DNA of 64,000 nucleotides. It comes from Verrucomicrobiota bacterium (GTDB taxonomy: Bacteria > Verrucomicrobiota > Verrucomicrobiia > Verrucomicrobiales > Akkermansiaceae). Where the stretch lies: NCBI GenBank assembly GCA_040385685.1, contig JAZKGW010000034.1:389-64388 (forward strand), given 5' to 3'. The notes under the pieces are model-generated. The model made no database searches. It was not told where the DNA came from and saw nothing but the letters and a program-made list of their open reading frames with translations. Shown piece by piece: positions 1 to 10,898 of the stretch. The first letter of the stretch is position 1. Each line of letters starts with the position of its first letter. Position numbers and translations under genes: made by a program.

Positions 1-1771
1 TAGACACGGCCACGGTTTTGGTTGCACCGATGTCGGGCGTTCCATACGCGACGAGGTGGATCATCTGTGCCGCGCCAAGGTCCACGGTCACGGTCTTGGG
101 AAATGTCGTGGACTCGTCGGTCGCATAACAACTCTGTGCCGAGTTGCCCCAGTTTCCGTCGGTTAGTCCACCGTCCCAGCCGTGGGTGTTCGGGTTGCTG
201 GATTGAAACGGCTTGTCGCCGGAGACCTTCCTGCCAAGCGTCGGATCAACCGGCCAGTGGGTGTTGAACGCGGCGGCCGGCAAGCCTTCGCGGTTCATCA
301 GATTCGGCTCGGCAAGCTGCGACCAGGCGAACCTCGCGCGGTCCGGCTTGGGGACCGCGGCGCTGGTTAGCAGGATCGACTTGCCATCGGCGGAGATCTT
401 CGCGTCGGCTGGCTGATAGTCCGCGTCTATACCCGCAATTTCGAACCAGTTTGGAGCTTTACCATCGCGGGTTGTTAGGCCGCCGCCGGTGTGATCGAAG
501 CCGATGGCGATGCCGGCGTCGGTGACCTTGTATTTTGAAAACAGCGGACCGGATTTCACGAGGTTGGACTTGCCAAAGGTATCGGCGAGTGCCCACAGCG
601 CCAGCCGCCGCCCGACTTCGCTTTTGTTCGTGGGGTGGATGTCCTTCACGTCGCCGATGTCGTTGGTCACAGCCATGCCGGTGTGGGGAATTTTCAAGAC
701 TTCCTGCTGGGCCCACCAGATGCCCGGGATGTTGTAGGTGGCACTTGCCCCGTAGTTGTAGGGGGCGAGCTGGACGAACAGAAAGGGCGCGTCGGCCGCG
801 CGGAATTGTTTGCGCCAGCCTGCGATCAGGGCTTTCATCTTTGCGGCGTAAAGCATGCCCTCGCCATTGTTAGACTCGCCCTGATACCACAGGAAGCCGC
901 GCAACGCGTAGGGGACCAGCGGGTGAATCATCGCCTGATAGGTGCCGGTCTCGGCACCGGATCCGAGCTTCAATAGCTCCGGCGCTTTCGGCATTTCCGG
1001 CGTGGGGAGTCCGGCATCGAAGGCCTTGGCCGCCGCGTCCGACCATTCGCGGACGCTGGAAACATACTTGCGGAAGTTCCGGTCATACTCGGGGAATCCC
1101 GGGCTTCTCGCCAACCGCTGGGTTCGCGTCGTGGCCAACTCGTCGATTCCGTCGAAACCTTCCTCCGCCCACCATGGCTCGATCCGCGACCCTCCCCACG
1201 AACTGTGGATGATGCCTACGGGCACTTTCAATTCTTCCGCCAGTTGTTTGCCGAAAAAATAACCGACCGCGGAAAAGTTCCTGGCGTTTTCCGGCGTTGC
1301 CGGCATCCACTTCGCGTTGACTGTTTCTTGCCGGACGTTGTTCAAGACGTGCGGCACGTCGAACGAGCGCATCAACGGCACCGGACCCGCTGCCGCGATT
1401 TCCAGGTCTTCCTTCCGCGTTTGGCCGACTCTCCACTCCATGTTCGATTGCCCGCTGCCGAGCCAGACCTCGCCCACCAGCAGGTCCTTCACTTCCAGCG
1501 GACTGCCACCTGCTTCAGTCACGATCATCGATCGGCTTTCGGCACTGGCGGGCATGGGAGGCAGCGAAACCTGCCAGCGGCCCGCGGCATCCGCAGTGGT
1601 GGTTTTCGTTTGTCCGCCGAAGGTGACGGTGACGGCTTTGCCGGCAGCGGCGCGGCCCCAGACGGGGACCGCTTTGTCTCGCTGGAGCACTCCGCCGTCC
1701 TGAAACGGGGGTGCCAATGTTACGTCCGCCACCACCGGTTGTGCTAAAAAGAGCAATGCCAACCACCGCAT
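1..1771 (-). CDS. Sialate O-acetylesterase (SASA/SGNH) family protein with C-terminal discoidin/F5-8-like extension; runs off the left edge and is absent from the ORF track
   Basis: Manual translation of the minus strand: signal peptide MRWLALLFLAQPVVA, then LVGEVWLGSGQSNME, SSWGGSRIEPW, LWYQGESN, DIHPTNKSEVGRRLA; no stop seen down to position 1. Alternative start at 1786. Confidence 0.88.
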   Translation of the reverse strand, partial: MRWLALLFLAQPVVADVTLAPPFQDGGVLQRDKAVPVWGRAAAGKAVTVTFGGQTKTTTADAAGRWQVSLPPMPASAESRSMIVTEAGGSPLEVKDLLVGEVWLGSGQSNMEWRVGQTRKEDLEIAAAGPVPLMRSFDVPHVLNNVRQETVNAKWMPATPENARNFSAVGYFFGKQLAEELKVPVGIIHSSWGGSRIEPWWAEEGFDGIDELATTRTQRLARSPGFPEYDRNFRKYVSSVREWSDAAAKAFDAGLPTPEMPKAPELLKLGSGAETGTYQAMIHPLVPYALRGFLWYQGESNNGEGMLYAAKMKALIAGWRKQFRAADAPFLFVQLAPYNYGASATYNIPGIWWAQQEVLKIPHTGMAVTNDIGDVKDIHPTNKSEVGRRLALWALADTFGKSNLVKSGPLFSKYKVTDAGIAIGFDHTGGGLTTRDGKAPNWFEIAGIDADYQPADAKISADGKSILLTSAAVPKPDRARFAWSQLAEPNLMNREGLPAAAFNTHWPVDPTLGRKVSGDKPFQSSNPNTHGWDGGLTDGNWGNSAQSCYATDESTTFPKTVTVDLGAAQMIHLVAYGTPDIGATKTVAVS

Positions 1772-1922
1772 TTTGAGTCTAATCATGGCCCGTTCCTACG
1801 CATTTGGCTGCCTGCGTCTAGCGATTCATTGCCAGAATCGCGAAAAAAATGGTTGCGTTTCGAGGTTGCAACAGGCACTTTTTCGCGGAAACCTCATAAA
1901 ACAAGGTAATTAACTAAGGATT

Positions 1923-3689
1923 ATGCTTCCAGAGCACGCCCCATTCACTTCCGACCAGCGCCAGGCGTTGGAATCGCTTCTCGCCGGCCTCGATCCCGTC
2001 CAACGCGGCTGGCTCAGCGGATTTCTTGCTGCTTCGGGAGTGCCCGCCGCTGTTGCCGCTCCGGCTCCGGCGGCTGCTGGAAAGCTGACCGTTCTCTACG
2101 GGACAGAGTCGGGAAATTCGGAAACGCTGGCGGACCGCACCGTGAAGGCTGCGAAAAAGCGCGGCTTCCAGGCGGTCATGAAAAATATGTCCGAGATTTC
2201 CCCGGCGGATCTGGCGAAGGCCACGAACCTGCTCGTGATCGTCTCGACATGGGGTGATGGAGATGCGCCCGAAACGGCTGTCCCCTTTTACAAGGAGTTC
2301 ATGAGTTCGGAAATCTCACTGTCGGGCGTCCGTTATTCGGTCTGCGCGCTGGGTGACACGGCTTACGAGCGATTCTGCCAGATTGGCAAGGACTTCGATG
2401 CTCGGTTGGAGGGTTTCGGTGCTTCCCGTGTTTTCGCCCGCCAGGATTGCGATGTGGACTATGAGGAATCCTATGCAGCTTGGTTAGAGAGTTCGCTTTC
2501 CGCGCTCGCTCCGGCTTCGGCTGCCCCGGTTGCGGTTGCTGGTCCAACAGCGGTCCCTGCCACCGAGTACGGGAAGAAGAATCCATTTCCCGCTGAAACG
2601 ATCGATACTGTCGTTCTGAATGGTGAAGGCTCGTCGAAGGAAACGCTGCACTTGGAATTCTCGCTCGCGGGATCCGGACTTTCCTACGAACCTGGCGACG
2701 CGCTCGCGGTGCTTCCGGTAAACGCGCCGGATGTCGTGAAGGCGATCATTCAAGCGGCCAAGCTCACCGGCAACGAGGAAGTCGAAGTCAAGAACGTCGG
2801 CCGCAAGTTGCTCGCCGACGCCCTGCGCGAGGACTACGACATCACCGCGCTTTCCCGTGCGGTTCTCACGAAACTTGCCGAAGCCCTCAACTCCGCCGTC
2901 TTGCGCGGGTTGCTGGCCGAAGGCGCGAAGGAGCAACTGAAGGAATACAGTGCCGGCCGCGAGATCATCGACGCGATTCTTGATTACGCTCCTAACGGAC
3001 TCTCCGCCGAGGCTCTGACGAGCATCTTCCGCAAGCTGCCGCCGCGGCTTTATTCGATCGCTTCCAGTCCGCTGGTGCACACCGATGAAGTTCATCTAAC
3101 CGTGGCCGCCGTCCGCTATGAAACCCACAATCGCGAACGCAAGGGCGTTTGCTCCACCTATCTCGCGGACCTGGTGAAATCGGGCGATCCCGTGCAGGTC
3201 TTCGTCCAGCCGAACAAGAACTTCCGCCTTCCCGCCGACAATTCCACACCGGTCATCATGGTGGGGCCCGGCACCGGCGTCGCGCCGTTCCGCGCTTTTG
3301 TCGAGCACCGCGCCGCCCTCGGTGGCAGTGGGAAAAACTGGCTGTTCTTCGGCGACCAGCATTACACCTACGACTTCCTCTATCAGCTCGAGTGGCAGGA
3401 CTTCCTCAAGGACGGCGCGCTCACCCGCCTCGACGTGGCATTCTCACGCGACCAACCGGAAAAAGTCTATGTTCAGGACCGGATGATCGCCCATGCCAAG
3501 GATCTCTATCAGTGGCTGGAGGAGGGCGCCCATTTCTACGTCTGTGGCGATGCCAACCGCATGGCCCACGATGTCCACGAAGCCCTGATCTCCGTCGTGG
3601 AAAACCAGGCGGCCATCTCCCGCGAAGCCGCCGAGGCCTACGTCGAGGATCTCAAGAAAGCCAAGCGCTATCAACGAGACGTTTACTAA
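1923..3689 (+). CDS. cysJ: Sulfite reductase (NADPH) flavoprotein alpha subunit
   Basis: Flavodoxin motif [14 protein letters not shown]-binding [21 protein letters not shown]-terminal RYQRDVY. Confidence 0.96.
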   Translation: MLPEHAPFTSDQRQALESLLAGLDPVQRGWLSGFLAASGVPAAVAAPAPAAAGKLTVLYGTESGNSETLADRTVKAAKKRGFQAVMKNMSEISPADLAKATNLLVIVSTWGDGDAPETAVPFYKEFMSSEISLSGVRYSVCALGDTAYERFCQIGKDFDARLEGFGASRVFARQDCDVDYEESYAAWLESSLSALAPASAAPVAVAGPTAVPATEYGKKNPFPAETIDTVVLNGEGSSKETLHLEFSLAGSGLSYEPGDALAVLPVNAPDVVKAIIQAAKLTGNEEVEVKNVGRKLLADALREDYDITALSRAVLTKLAEALNSAVLRGLLAEGAKEQLKEYSAGREIIDAILDYAPNGLSAEALTSIFRKLPPRLYSIASSPLVHTDEVHLTVAAVRYETHNRERKGVCSTYLADLVKSGDPVQVFVQPNKNFRLPADNSTPVIMVGPGTGVAPFRAFVEHRAALGGSGKNWLFFGDQHYTYDFLYQLEWQDFLKDGALTRLDVAFSRDQPEKVYVQDRMIAHAKDLYQWLEEGAHFYVCGDANRMAHDVHEALISVVENQAAISREAAEAYVEDLKKAKRYQRDVY

Positions 3690-3715
3690 ATCTCTACTTT
3701 CAAATTTCCACCACC

Positions 3716-5437
3716 ATGAGTGACAAGAAACTCTCCGCCAACGAATACATCAAGACTCGCAGCAACTACCTGCGCGGCACCATCTCCGAGGGACTTTCCG
3801 ATCTTTCGACCGGCGGGATGGTTGAAGACGACCAGCAGCTCCTCAAGTTCCACGGCACCTATCAGCAGGACGACCGCGACATCCGTGCGAACCGCCGCAA
3901 GCACAAGCTGGAAAAGGCGTATTCCTTCATGATCCGCATTCGCGTGCCCGGCGGCGTCGCGACTCCCCAGCAGTGGTTGGAAACGGACCGTCTCGCCACC
4001 CAGTTTGCGAACGGCACCATCAAGCTCACCACCCGCCAGGCGTTCCAGTTCCACGGCATCATCAAGACCAACCTCAAGCGGACGATCAAGGAGATCAACC
4101 AGGTCGCGATGGACACGATCGCCGCGTGCGGTGACGTGAACCGGAATGTGATGTGCAATCCGAATCCATATCTCTCAGAAATTCACGCCCAGGCACTCAA
4201 GGCGGCGCAAGACATTTCCGCGCACCTCACGCCGCAAACCCGCGCCTATCACGAGATCTGGCTGGACGGCGAGAAAATCGAATCGAGCGAAGAGGAGATC
4301 GAGCCGATCTACGGCAAGACCTATCTGCCGCGCAAATTCAAGATCACCATCGCGGTGCCGCCATCGAACGATGTCGATATCTACGCGAACTGCCTTTCCT
4401 TCATCGCCATCGTCGAGGGCGGCAAGCTCGTCGGCTACAACGTCGCCGTCGGTGGCGGCATGGGCTCGACCCACGGCAACGAAGCCACCTATCCGCGGAT
4501 CGCGGACGTGATCGGTTTCTGCACGCCGGAGCAGGTCGTCGACGTCGCGGAAAAGGTCGTGCTCGTACAGCGCGATTTCGGCGACCGCACGGATCGGAAG
4601 CACTCACGTTTCAAATACACGGTGGACGACCACGGCCCGGAGTGGATCCTGGCCAAGTTGAACGAGTATCTCGGCTATCAGCTCGGTCCCGTGCGCGACT
4701 TCAAGTTCGAGGACAACGGCGACCGCTACGGCTGGACTGAGGACACCAACGGCAACTCCCACCTTACACTCTTCATCGCCGGCGGCCGCGTGCTCGATAC
4801 GCCATCCTATCCGATGCGCACCGGCCTCCGCGAGATCGCCAAGATTCATGATGGCGACTTCCGCCTCACCGCGAACCAGAACCTGATCATTGCGAACGTC
4901 TCCCAGGCCAAGCGTCTGGAGATCGAGGCCCTGTTGGAAAAATACGGCATCCAGGACAGCCACTTGAAAAGCGCGCTGCGTCTCAACTCGCTGGCCTGTG
5001 TCGCCCTGCCGACCTGCGCCCTCGCCCTGGCTGAAGCCGAGCGTTTCCTGCCCGACCTTCTCACCGGCCTCGAGGAATCGTTGGAGGAAAACGGCCTGCG
5101 CCATGACGCCATCACGATCCGCATGACCGGTTGCCCCAACGGCTGCGCCCGTCCGTTCATTTCCGAGATCGGCTTCGTCGGCCGGGGACCGGATCGCTAC
5201 AACGTTTACCTCGGCGGTGGCTTCGCCGGCCAGCGCCTGTCGAAACTCTATCGGGAGGATGTCGCTGCCGCTGACATTCAGCCGCTGCTCGCTCCGATAT
5301 TCCGCCACTATGCCAAGGCGCGGATTGATGGCGAACGCTTCGGGGATTTTTGTATACGCACCGGATACGTCGCCAAAACCATCCAAGGCCCGGATTTCCA
5401 CAAGAATCTGAAGCCTGAAGCGCTTGCTCCTGTCTAA
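3716..5437 (+). CDS. cysI: Sulfite reductase hemoprotein beta subunit
   Basis: [38 protein letters not shown] and TGCPNGC siroheme/4Fe-4S ligands; start re-called at MSDKKLS. Confidence 0.96.
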   Translation: MSDKKLSANEYIKTRSNYLRGTISEGLSDLSTGGMVEDDQQLLKFHGTYQQDDRDIRANRRKHKLEKAYSFMIRIRVPGGVATPQQWLETDRLATQFANGTIKLTTRQAFQFHGIIKTNLKRTIKEINQVAMDTIAACGDVNRNVMCNPNPYLSEIHAQALKAAQDISAHLTPQTRAYHEIWLDGEKIESSEEEIEPIYGKTYLPRKFKITIAVPPSNDVDIYANCLSFIAIVEGGKLVGYNVAVGGGMGSTHGNEATYPRIADVIGFCTPEQVVDVAEKVVLVQRDFGDRTDRKHSRFKYTVDDHGPEWILAKLNEYLGYQLGPVRDFKFEDNGDRYGWTEDTNGNSHLTLFIAGGRVLDTPSYPMRTGLREIAKIHDGDFRLTANQNLIIANVSQAKRLEIEALLEKYGIQDSHLKSALRLNSLACVALPTCALALAEAERFLPDLLTGLEESLEENGLRHDAITIRMTGCPNGCARPFISEIGFVGRGPDRYNVYLGGGFAGQRLSKLYREDVAAADIQPLLAPIFRHYAKARIDGERFGDFCIRTGYVAKTIQGPDFHKNLKPEALAPV

Positions 5438-5461
5438 CGAAACTTTTCCCCACGCTCCACC

Positions 5462-6208
5462 ATGGAAGCACTCAAATTTGAAATACCCGCGGTGATTTCC
5501 CCTGACATCCATCCGGCAGAACTCTCCGCCGCTCTCGCGCCCCTGCGTGCCGGAGAGCGGCTGCGTTTCCTCTACGATCAACTCGGCGACCGACTCGTCG
5601 CATCCACCAGCTTCGGACTCCAGGCGGCGGTCATGCTGCACCTGATCCAGCAGCACGCGCCCAGGATCCCGGTAGTCTTCATCGACACCGGCTTCCTCTT
5701 TCCGGAGACCTATCAGTATGCGGAGGAACTTGCATCCATGCTGAACATCGATCTGCGGATCTATCAACCCGCCGTCTCCGCCGCCCGCATGCAGGCGCTG
5801 TGGGGAAACCTCTGGGAAAATGGCAAGGACGGCGCGGACCGCTACGGCCTGCTGACGAAAGTCGAGCCGATGAACCGCGCGCTGCGCGAAACCGGTGCCG
5901 ACGTCTGGCTCAGCGGCCTCCGCCGCTCCCAGTCTAACTCCCGCGTGGACCGGCCGTTCGTCGAGCAGCAGAAGAAGACCGTCAAAGCCTATCCGATCCT
6001 CGATTGGGCGGACGCGCAGGTGGACATCTATTTTCATCAGAACGGCCTGCCGCGCCATCCGTTGGCGGAAAAAGGCTACGTCACCATGGGCGACTGGCAC
6101 AGCACCCGTCCGGTCGTGAACGGCGACGTCGAATCCACCCGCTTCAATGGGGAAAAGTTCGAATGCGGCTTGCATCTTGACTCCGGCTCGCCGGATTTCC
6201 AGATTTGA
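5462..6208 (+). CDS. cysH: Phosphoadenylyl-sulfate (PAPS) reductase
   Basis: STSFG, FIDTGFLFPETY, GLRRSQS, ECGLH; no CC or CxxC Fe-S ligands. Confidence 0.93.
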   Translation: MEALKFEIPAVISPDIHPAELSAALAPLRAGERLRFLYDQLGDRLVASTSFGLQAAVMLHLIQQHAPRIPVVFIDTGFLFPETYQYAEELASMLNIDLRIYQPAVSAARMQALWGNLWENGKDGADRYGLLTKVEPMNRALRETGADVWLSGLRRSQSNSRVDRPFVEQQKKTVKAYPILDWADAQVDIYFHQNGLPRHPLAEKGYVTMGDWHSTRPVVNGDVESTRFNGEKFECGLHLDSGSPDFQI

Positions 6209-6293
6209 AAGTGTTCCGCCTGTCTCAGCCGGAAGCAGAGCGTTAGAACCCCGCTAAGTTAGCCGGGTCACATTTCCCAAAACTCCCCACATT

Positions 6294-7256
6294 ATGAACA
6301 TCGCCGAAAACATGGTTGCCACTGTTGGCAATACTCCGCTGATCCGTCTTAACCACCTCACCAAAGGACTCGATGCCGAAGTCTGCGTGAAGGCCGAATT
6401 CTTCAACCCGCTCTTCAGCGTCAAGGACCGCATCGGCAAGTCGATGATCGAAGCCGCCGAAAAGGACGGCTCGCTCAAGCCCGGCGGCCTGATCATCGAG
6501 CCGACGTCGGGCAACACCGGCATCGCGCTGGCCTTCATCGCCCGGTCGAAGGGCTACCGCTGCATTCTCACCATGCCCGAGAGCATGTCGATCGAGCGCC
6601 GCGTGCTGCTTCGCTTGTTAGGCGCGGAGATCGTGCTGACGCCCCGTGCCCGCGGCATGAACGGCGCCATCGCCATGGCGAAGAAACTCATCGAGGAAAA
6701 CCCCGGTTCATTCGGCCCCGGCCAGTTTGACAATCCGGCCAATCCGCAGGTCCACCGTGAAACGACCGCCGAGGAAATCTGGCGCGATACGGATGGCAAG
6801 GTCGATGCCTTCGTCGCCGGTGTCGGCACGGGTGGCACGATTACCGGTGTCGGTGAAGTTTTGAAATCGCGTCTCGACGGTGTGAAAATCATCGCCGTGG
6901 AACCCGTTGCCAGCCCGGTGATTTCCGGCGGCGCTCCAGGCCCGCACATGATCCAGGGCATCGGTGCCGGCTTCATCCCGAAGAACCTCAACGTCGCCGT
7001 CATCGACGAAGTCATCCAAGTCTCTAACGAAGACGCCATTGCCACCGCCCAGGCCCTGGCCCAGGAAGAAGGCCTGCCAGCCGGAATCTCCACCGGCGCG
7101 AACGTCTGGGCCGCGCTGCAAGTCGCGAAACGTCCCGAATACAAGGGCAAGCGCATCGTCACCGTCGGCTGCTCGTCCACCGAACGCTACCTCTCGACCG
7201 CCCTGGCCGAGAAGGTGCGTGAGGAAGTATCCAACCTGCCGGTTCAGGAAATCTGA
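6294..7256 (+). CDS. cysK: Cysteine synthase A
   Basis: SVKDRI PLP-lysine motif, [15 protein letters not shown]. Confidence 0.95.
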   Translation: MNIAENMVATVGNTPLIRLNHLTKGLDAEVCVKAEFFNPLFSVKDRIGKSMIEAAEKDGSLKPGGLIIEPTSGNTGIALAFIARSKGYRCILTMPESMSIERRVLLRLLGAEIVLTPRARGMNGAIAMAKKLIEENPGSFGPGQFDNPANPQVHRETTAEEIWRDTDGKVDAFVAGVGTGGTITGVGEVLKSRLDGVKIIAVEPVASPVISGGAPGPHMIQGIGAGFIPKNLNVAVIDEVIQVSNEDAIATAQALAQEEGLPAGISTGANVWAALQVAKRPEYKGKRIVTVGCSSTERYLSTALAEKVREEVSNLPVQEI

Positions 7257-7263
7257 GGTGATA

Positions 7264-7338
7264 GAGGCGTTCCCGCCTGTTTAAGGAGGGTCGGACTTCG
7301 GCCGACCCGGCCGGCATCGCAACCGTTGCGATGCCGGC
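7264..7338. terminator. Three tandem hairpins downstream of cysK (terminator or REP-like)
   Basis: AGGCG..CGCCT; GGGTCGGAC-TTCG-GCCGACCC (7288-7308); perfect 13-bp stem GCCGGCATCGCAA-CCG-TTGCGATGCCGGC (7310-7338); no clear U-tract. Confidence 0.5.
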
Positions 7339-7415
7339 GGAGGGTTTGGGGAGCCCCCATTGAGACAATTTCCGAATGATGGACAGATCTTCCACCCGCT
7401 GTTATGGAGTGCGGT

Positions 7416-8624
7416 ATGAACGTGATCCGGGTTGTGGTTTGCCTGATGCTTTGCGGTTCCTCCGCGCTGGCTGCGGCGGAAATGGAGGCGGTGCCTCCGG
7501 CGGCGAAGGCTGAGTATGTGCCGGGGGTGGCCTTGAGCCAGGGGATCACGGAGATCACGGGCGTTGCGATTTCACCACTCCTGGGAGTGAGTTCGGTGGG
7601 GGCATGGCGGTATTGGAAAGCTTCCGCCTTGGAGCGGACAGCGCTACCGTGGTATGCGCAACCGTGGGCCTGGGGGACAGGCTTCGGATTGCTGGCGCTG
7701 TGTTTTCTCAAGGACTCGCTGGGGACGACGGTGCCGGGTTTGTTGAAGAAGCCTTTCGACATGGTGGAGTTGTTCGAGAACAAGGCGAGCGCCCTGGTGG
7801 CGAGCGGGGCCTTCGTGCCGCTGGTGGCGCAGGAAATGGCGAGGCACTTGCAGGCAGAGCGGGCCATCCAGATTCCGACGGCGTCGATCGCGAGTCCGGG
7901 CTTCGCGATGATCGATATGTCCTGGCTGATGGTGCCGGCGGCGGTGGTGGCTTTCCTGTTGGTGTGGGTGTGCAGCCACGCGATCAACGTGCTGATCATC
8001 CTGTCACCCTTCTCGACGCTCGATGCCTTGCTGAAACTCGCGCGGACCGCGGTGTTGTTAGTGGTGGGGTTGGTGTATGCCATCGCACCGTGGTTGGCGG
8101 CGGTGCTGTGCCTGGGCATCATCGCGGTGGCCGCGTGGATGGCACCGGCGGCGATGCGATTGGCGATTTTCGGCGCGCGTTACGCGGCGGATATCCTGCT
8201 GCCGTGGCGGGGCCGAAAACGGGCGACTCCGCATCAACCGCACGCGTTCACACTGGGTCGGGTCGCCGGGCTGCCACCGCGGACGGGCGGGCGGATCATT
8301 CTGTTGGAGAATGGGACCGCGGTTTTCCGTTATCGGCGGTGGTGCGTGCTGGACGAGCGGAGCATCCCGCTGCCGGAAGGCCCGCGGCATGTGGAGAAAG
8401 GATTGTTATCACCCTCACTGGTGCAGCGGACGAGCGGGGGAAATGAGACGAAGGTGTTGTTATTCCTGCCGCGCTACCGGGGACACGAGGAGACCATGGT
8501 GGGCCATCTCAAACTCCACGGGGTGCGGGAGCATGCCATGGCGCGCGGGCTTGCGGCGGTGAAGGCTTGGATCGGAGGGATGGTGGGAAAGAGGCGGATC
8601 AGTGGTGAAGAGGGAAGAGTGTGA
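7416..8624 (+). CDS. Hypothetical multi-pass membrane protein with signal peptide
   Basis: Long ORF with several hydrophobic segments; no recognised family; alternative start at 7404. Confidence 0.7.
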   Translation: MNVIRVVVCLMLCGSSALAAAEMEAVPPAAKAEYVPGVALSQGITEITGVAISPLLGVSSVGAWRYWKASALERTALPWYAQPWAWGTGFGLLALCFLKDSLGTTVPGLLKKPFDMVELFENKASALVASGAFVPLVAQEMARHLQAERAIQIPTASIASPGFAMIDMSWLMVPAAVVAFLLVWVCSHAINVLIILSPFSTLDALLKLARTAVLLVVGLVYAIAPWLAAVLCLGIIAVAAWMAPAAMRLAIFGARYAADILLPWRGRKRATPHQPHAFTLGRVAGLPPRTGGRIILLENGTAVFRYRRWCVLDERSIPLPEGPRHVEKGLLSPSLVQRTSGGNETKVLLFLPRYRGHEETMVGHLKLHGVREHAMARGLAAVKAWIGGMVGKRRISGEEGRV

Positions 8625-8632
8625 ACCCTGAA

Positions 8633-9550
8633 TCACGCTAACGGCGGCGGTGCCTTCGTCCCCGTTTCCGAATGCCCGGCGAGCAACTGCGCTAACAACT
8701 CCCCGCCGCGCGGCAGGACCGTTAGTCGGGCGCCGCTGCCGATGACCTTCTGCGTCTCCAGAATCTCAAACATCGCTTCAGCCACCTGCTTGTCTTCGGA
8801 AATCTGTTGGAGCGCCTCGCCGACGATCTGCGGTCGGATCGCAGCCGCTTTGGCGAACTCGATGGCCGCCTCGCGCTCGGCAGTGCTGGTGATGATGCTC
8901 ACTTGGTTCGCGCCGTCCTGACGGATGGCCGAGGTCACCTGCCGCAGCCGGTTGACCACCTTGCTCTCAATCTGGGAGATCATCCCGACGTCGCGGAAAT
9001 GCACCTTGCGGATGTAGATCGAGCCGAGCTTGTAGCCCCATTCGTGCGATTTGGGGGAAACCTCGTTGCGGACATTGTCGCTCATCGCGTGGCGGTTCAC
9101 CATCATGAGGGAAAGCGGCATATTGCTCAGGCAGCGGACGGTCGAGTTGCTGACGTTCGCGGACAGGGAGCCGCGCGGGTCGCTGTTTTTGAACAGATAG
9201 GCGACCGGATCGCTGATGAACATTTCATGCCAGATGCCGATGCCCATCGGTGCGCCTTCCTCGGAATTGACCGGCTGGCTGCGCAGGTATTCCTGGTCGA
9301 GCCGCATGTCGAGGACGTGGCATTTGCCCAGCCAGTTCACGATGAACGACGCCGGTCCAAGCTTGAACGGCAGGATGTGCAGCCCGGGTTCGTCGATGGT
9401 GGCCAGCACTTTTCCAAACAACACATACACATTGCACTGGCGTTCATGGACGATCGCATACAACCCTAACAGTCTCGCGATCCCGAACAGGATGGGAAAC
9501 GCGATGAAGCACGCGACAAAGGTGATACCGACGGTTACGAGAAAGTTCAT
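8633..9550 (-). CDS. SPFH/band-7 domain protein
   Basis: N-terminal TM, EPGLHILP, LDMR, WGYKLGSIYIRKV, coiled-coil tail; ATGA overlap with upstream SPFH gene. Confidence 0.85.
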   Translation of the reverse strand: MNFLVTVGITFVACFIAFPILFGIARLLGLYAIVHERQCNVYVLFGKVLATIDEPGLHILPFKLGPASFIVNWLGKCHVLDMRLDQEYLRSQPVNSEEGAPMGIGIWHEMFISDPVAYLFKNSDPRGSLSANVSNSTVRCLSNMPLSLMMVNRHAMSDNVRNEVSPKSHEWGYKLGSIYIRKVHFRDVGMISQIESKVVNRLRQVTSAIRQDGANQVSIITSTAEREAAIEFAKAAAIRPQIVGEALQQISEDKQVAEAMFEILETQKVIGSGARLTVLPRGGELLAQLLAGHSETGTKAPPPLA

Positions 9551-10530
9551 TTGTTGGATTCCACGAAAACTTGTTGGGCCTTTTCAAACAAGGCGAGACG
9601 GACGTTGCGGACGTAGGCGCGGAGAGCCTCGCTGCCGCGGCTTTGCAATGCCATCAACTGCGCGGCCAGGCGGACCAGCGGCTCGACTTCGGCCTGTGCG
9701 CGCAGAGTTTCAATTTCCACCGCTCGTCTTGACTGGACGATCTTCTGGTCGGCGGATGCCTGGGCGAGACTGATGTCGGAGGAAACCTGGTTGTAGGCGG
9801 TGTTGATCGCGGCCAAAGCGGACTCGACCTCCGGCGGCGGGTCGATGCTGGTGATGAGCGTGGCATCCAGCACGATGCCATATCTGGCGGCCGATGAAGT
9901 GCACTCGCTGTCCATGTGCTCGTTGAGGTCGCGCAGGTTCTTGCGCAGATCGTTGATGGAAATGCCGATGACCGCCGCATTGTCGGGCATGCCCGCTTCC
10001 GGCGGTGCCGCCGGCGCTTCGAAGTTGGCAATCCGCTCGCGCAGGACCGAAACGAAGTAGCCCATGACGTGGGCGTAGGGATTCTTGATGCCGAAGATGA
10101 AGGCGTAGAGGTTGCGTTCCGCCACGCGGAAACGAATCTGGCCGGTTAGGCCGGTGTTGAGCTGGTCCTTGGTCACCGCCTCCAGCATCGTGCCGTTGTA
10201 ATTGGCAGTGGCGTCCTCCGGATCCCACGCCATGTTCACCGTCTCGGTGGCGATCGAGATCTTGTGGATTTTTTCCCATGGCCATTTGAAATACGGCCCG
10301 CCTGGCGGGATTACCCGGACCTGCGGGTAGGTGTAGCGTTTTTTCTGATCCTCGCTGAGCGAGTCCGCGATCGGATCTTCCCGTGTCGTTAGATTGCCGA
10401 CCCGCTCCGCGCGGCCGAAGCTTGTTTTCACCGCGCGTTGGTTTTGATCGACGGTGTAGATTCCCGCGACGAGGTAGCGCATGAGGAACCAGAAGATGAA
10501 GCCGAAGATGCAGCCGAGGAAGATGGACAT
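9547..10530 (-). CDS. SPFH/band-7 domain protein
   Basis: N-terminal TM, GGPYFKWPWEKIHK, YGIVLDATLITSIDPPPEV; start re-called at MSIFLG. Confidence 0.85.
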   Translation of the reverse strand: MSIFLGCIFGFIFWFLMRYLVAGIYTVDQNQRAVKTSFGRAERVGNLTTREDPIADSLSEDQKKRYTYPQVRVIPPGGPYFKWPWEKIHKISIATETVNMAWDPEDATANYNGTMLEAVTKDQLNTGLTGQIRFRVAERNLYAFIFGIKNPYAHVMGYFVSVLRERIANFEAPAAPPEAGMPDNAAVIGISINDLRKNLRDLNEHMDSECTSSAARYGIVLDATLITSIDPPPEVESALAAINTAYNQVSSDISLAQASADQKIVQSRRAVEIETLRAQAEVEPLVRLAAQLMALQSRGSEALRAYVRNVRLALFEKAQQVFVESNK

Positions 10531-10770
10531 GGCAATGAGGATGAACTGTCCGCAGATTTGGGGGAATCGCCTGTCGTGCCAAGCACAATCGGGGTGGACC
10601 ATGGACGGCGCATTTCTGGTGCCACCGCGAGCCGGACGAGTTCTTCAGGGCCGCAAGGACCAGTGCGCCGCTAGCAGTTAGCAGGATGGGCCTCCCCATT
10701 TCGGGGTGCTTGACCTCCGCGGGAATAACAGCTAACGCTTTTGAAGACTCAAGGGATTGCAGTCGAAGAC

Positions 10771-10806
10771 GGAGCCGGTCTTCCCACGGTGGGAAGACCG
10801 GTCTCC
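10771..10806. repeat. Intergenic perfect palindrome
   Basis: CCGGTCTTCCCA-CGG-TGGGAAGACCGG, 12-bp stem, between divergent SPFH and A2M genes. Confidence 0.6.
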
Positions 10807-10898
10807 TGATCCCGGCGGGCTGTGAGCGAGCCGGAGCCAGGGGAGAAACGAAATATTTCTTCTAAGAATCCGCGGTTTCGCGTGTCATAGGGATTGTT

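Noticed and set aside
3149-3715. N-terminal extensions in the ORF track (cysI from 3149, rhaA from 23723, rhaQ from 27637, cassette 1 from 43390, 46933 and others)
   Set aside because: They overlap neighbouring genes; homology and composition begin at downstream starts, which were used instead.
4604-6175. 523-aa antisense ORF and many similar ones (e.g. 12192-13643, 47804-49237, 50108-51097)
   Set aside because: Shadow ORFs opposite well-supported genes, expected in GC-rich DNA; no recognisable motifs.
10710-10738. TTGACC-N17-TAACGC sigma70-like promoter, and TTGACG at 17047
   Set aside because: The -10 elements match poorly; not supportable without transcript data.
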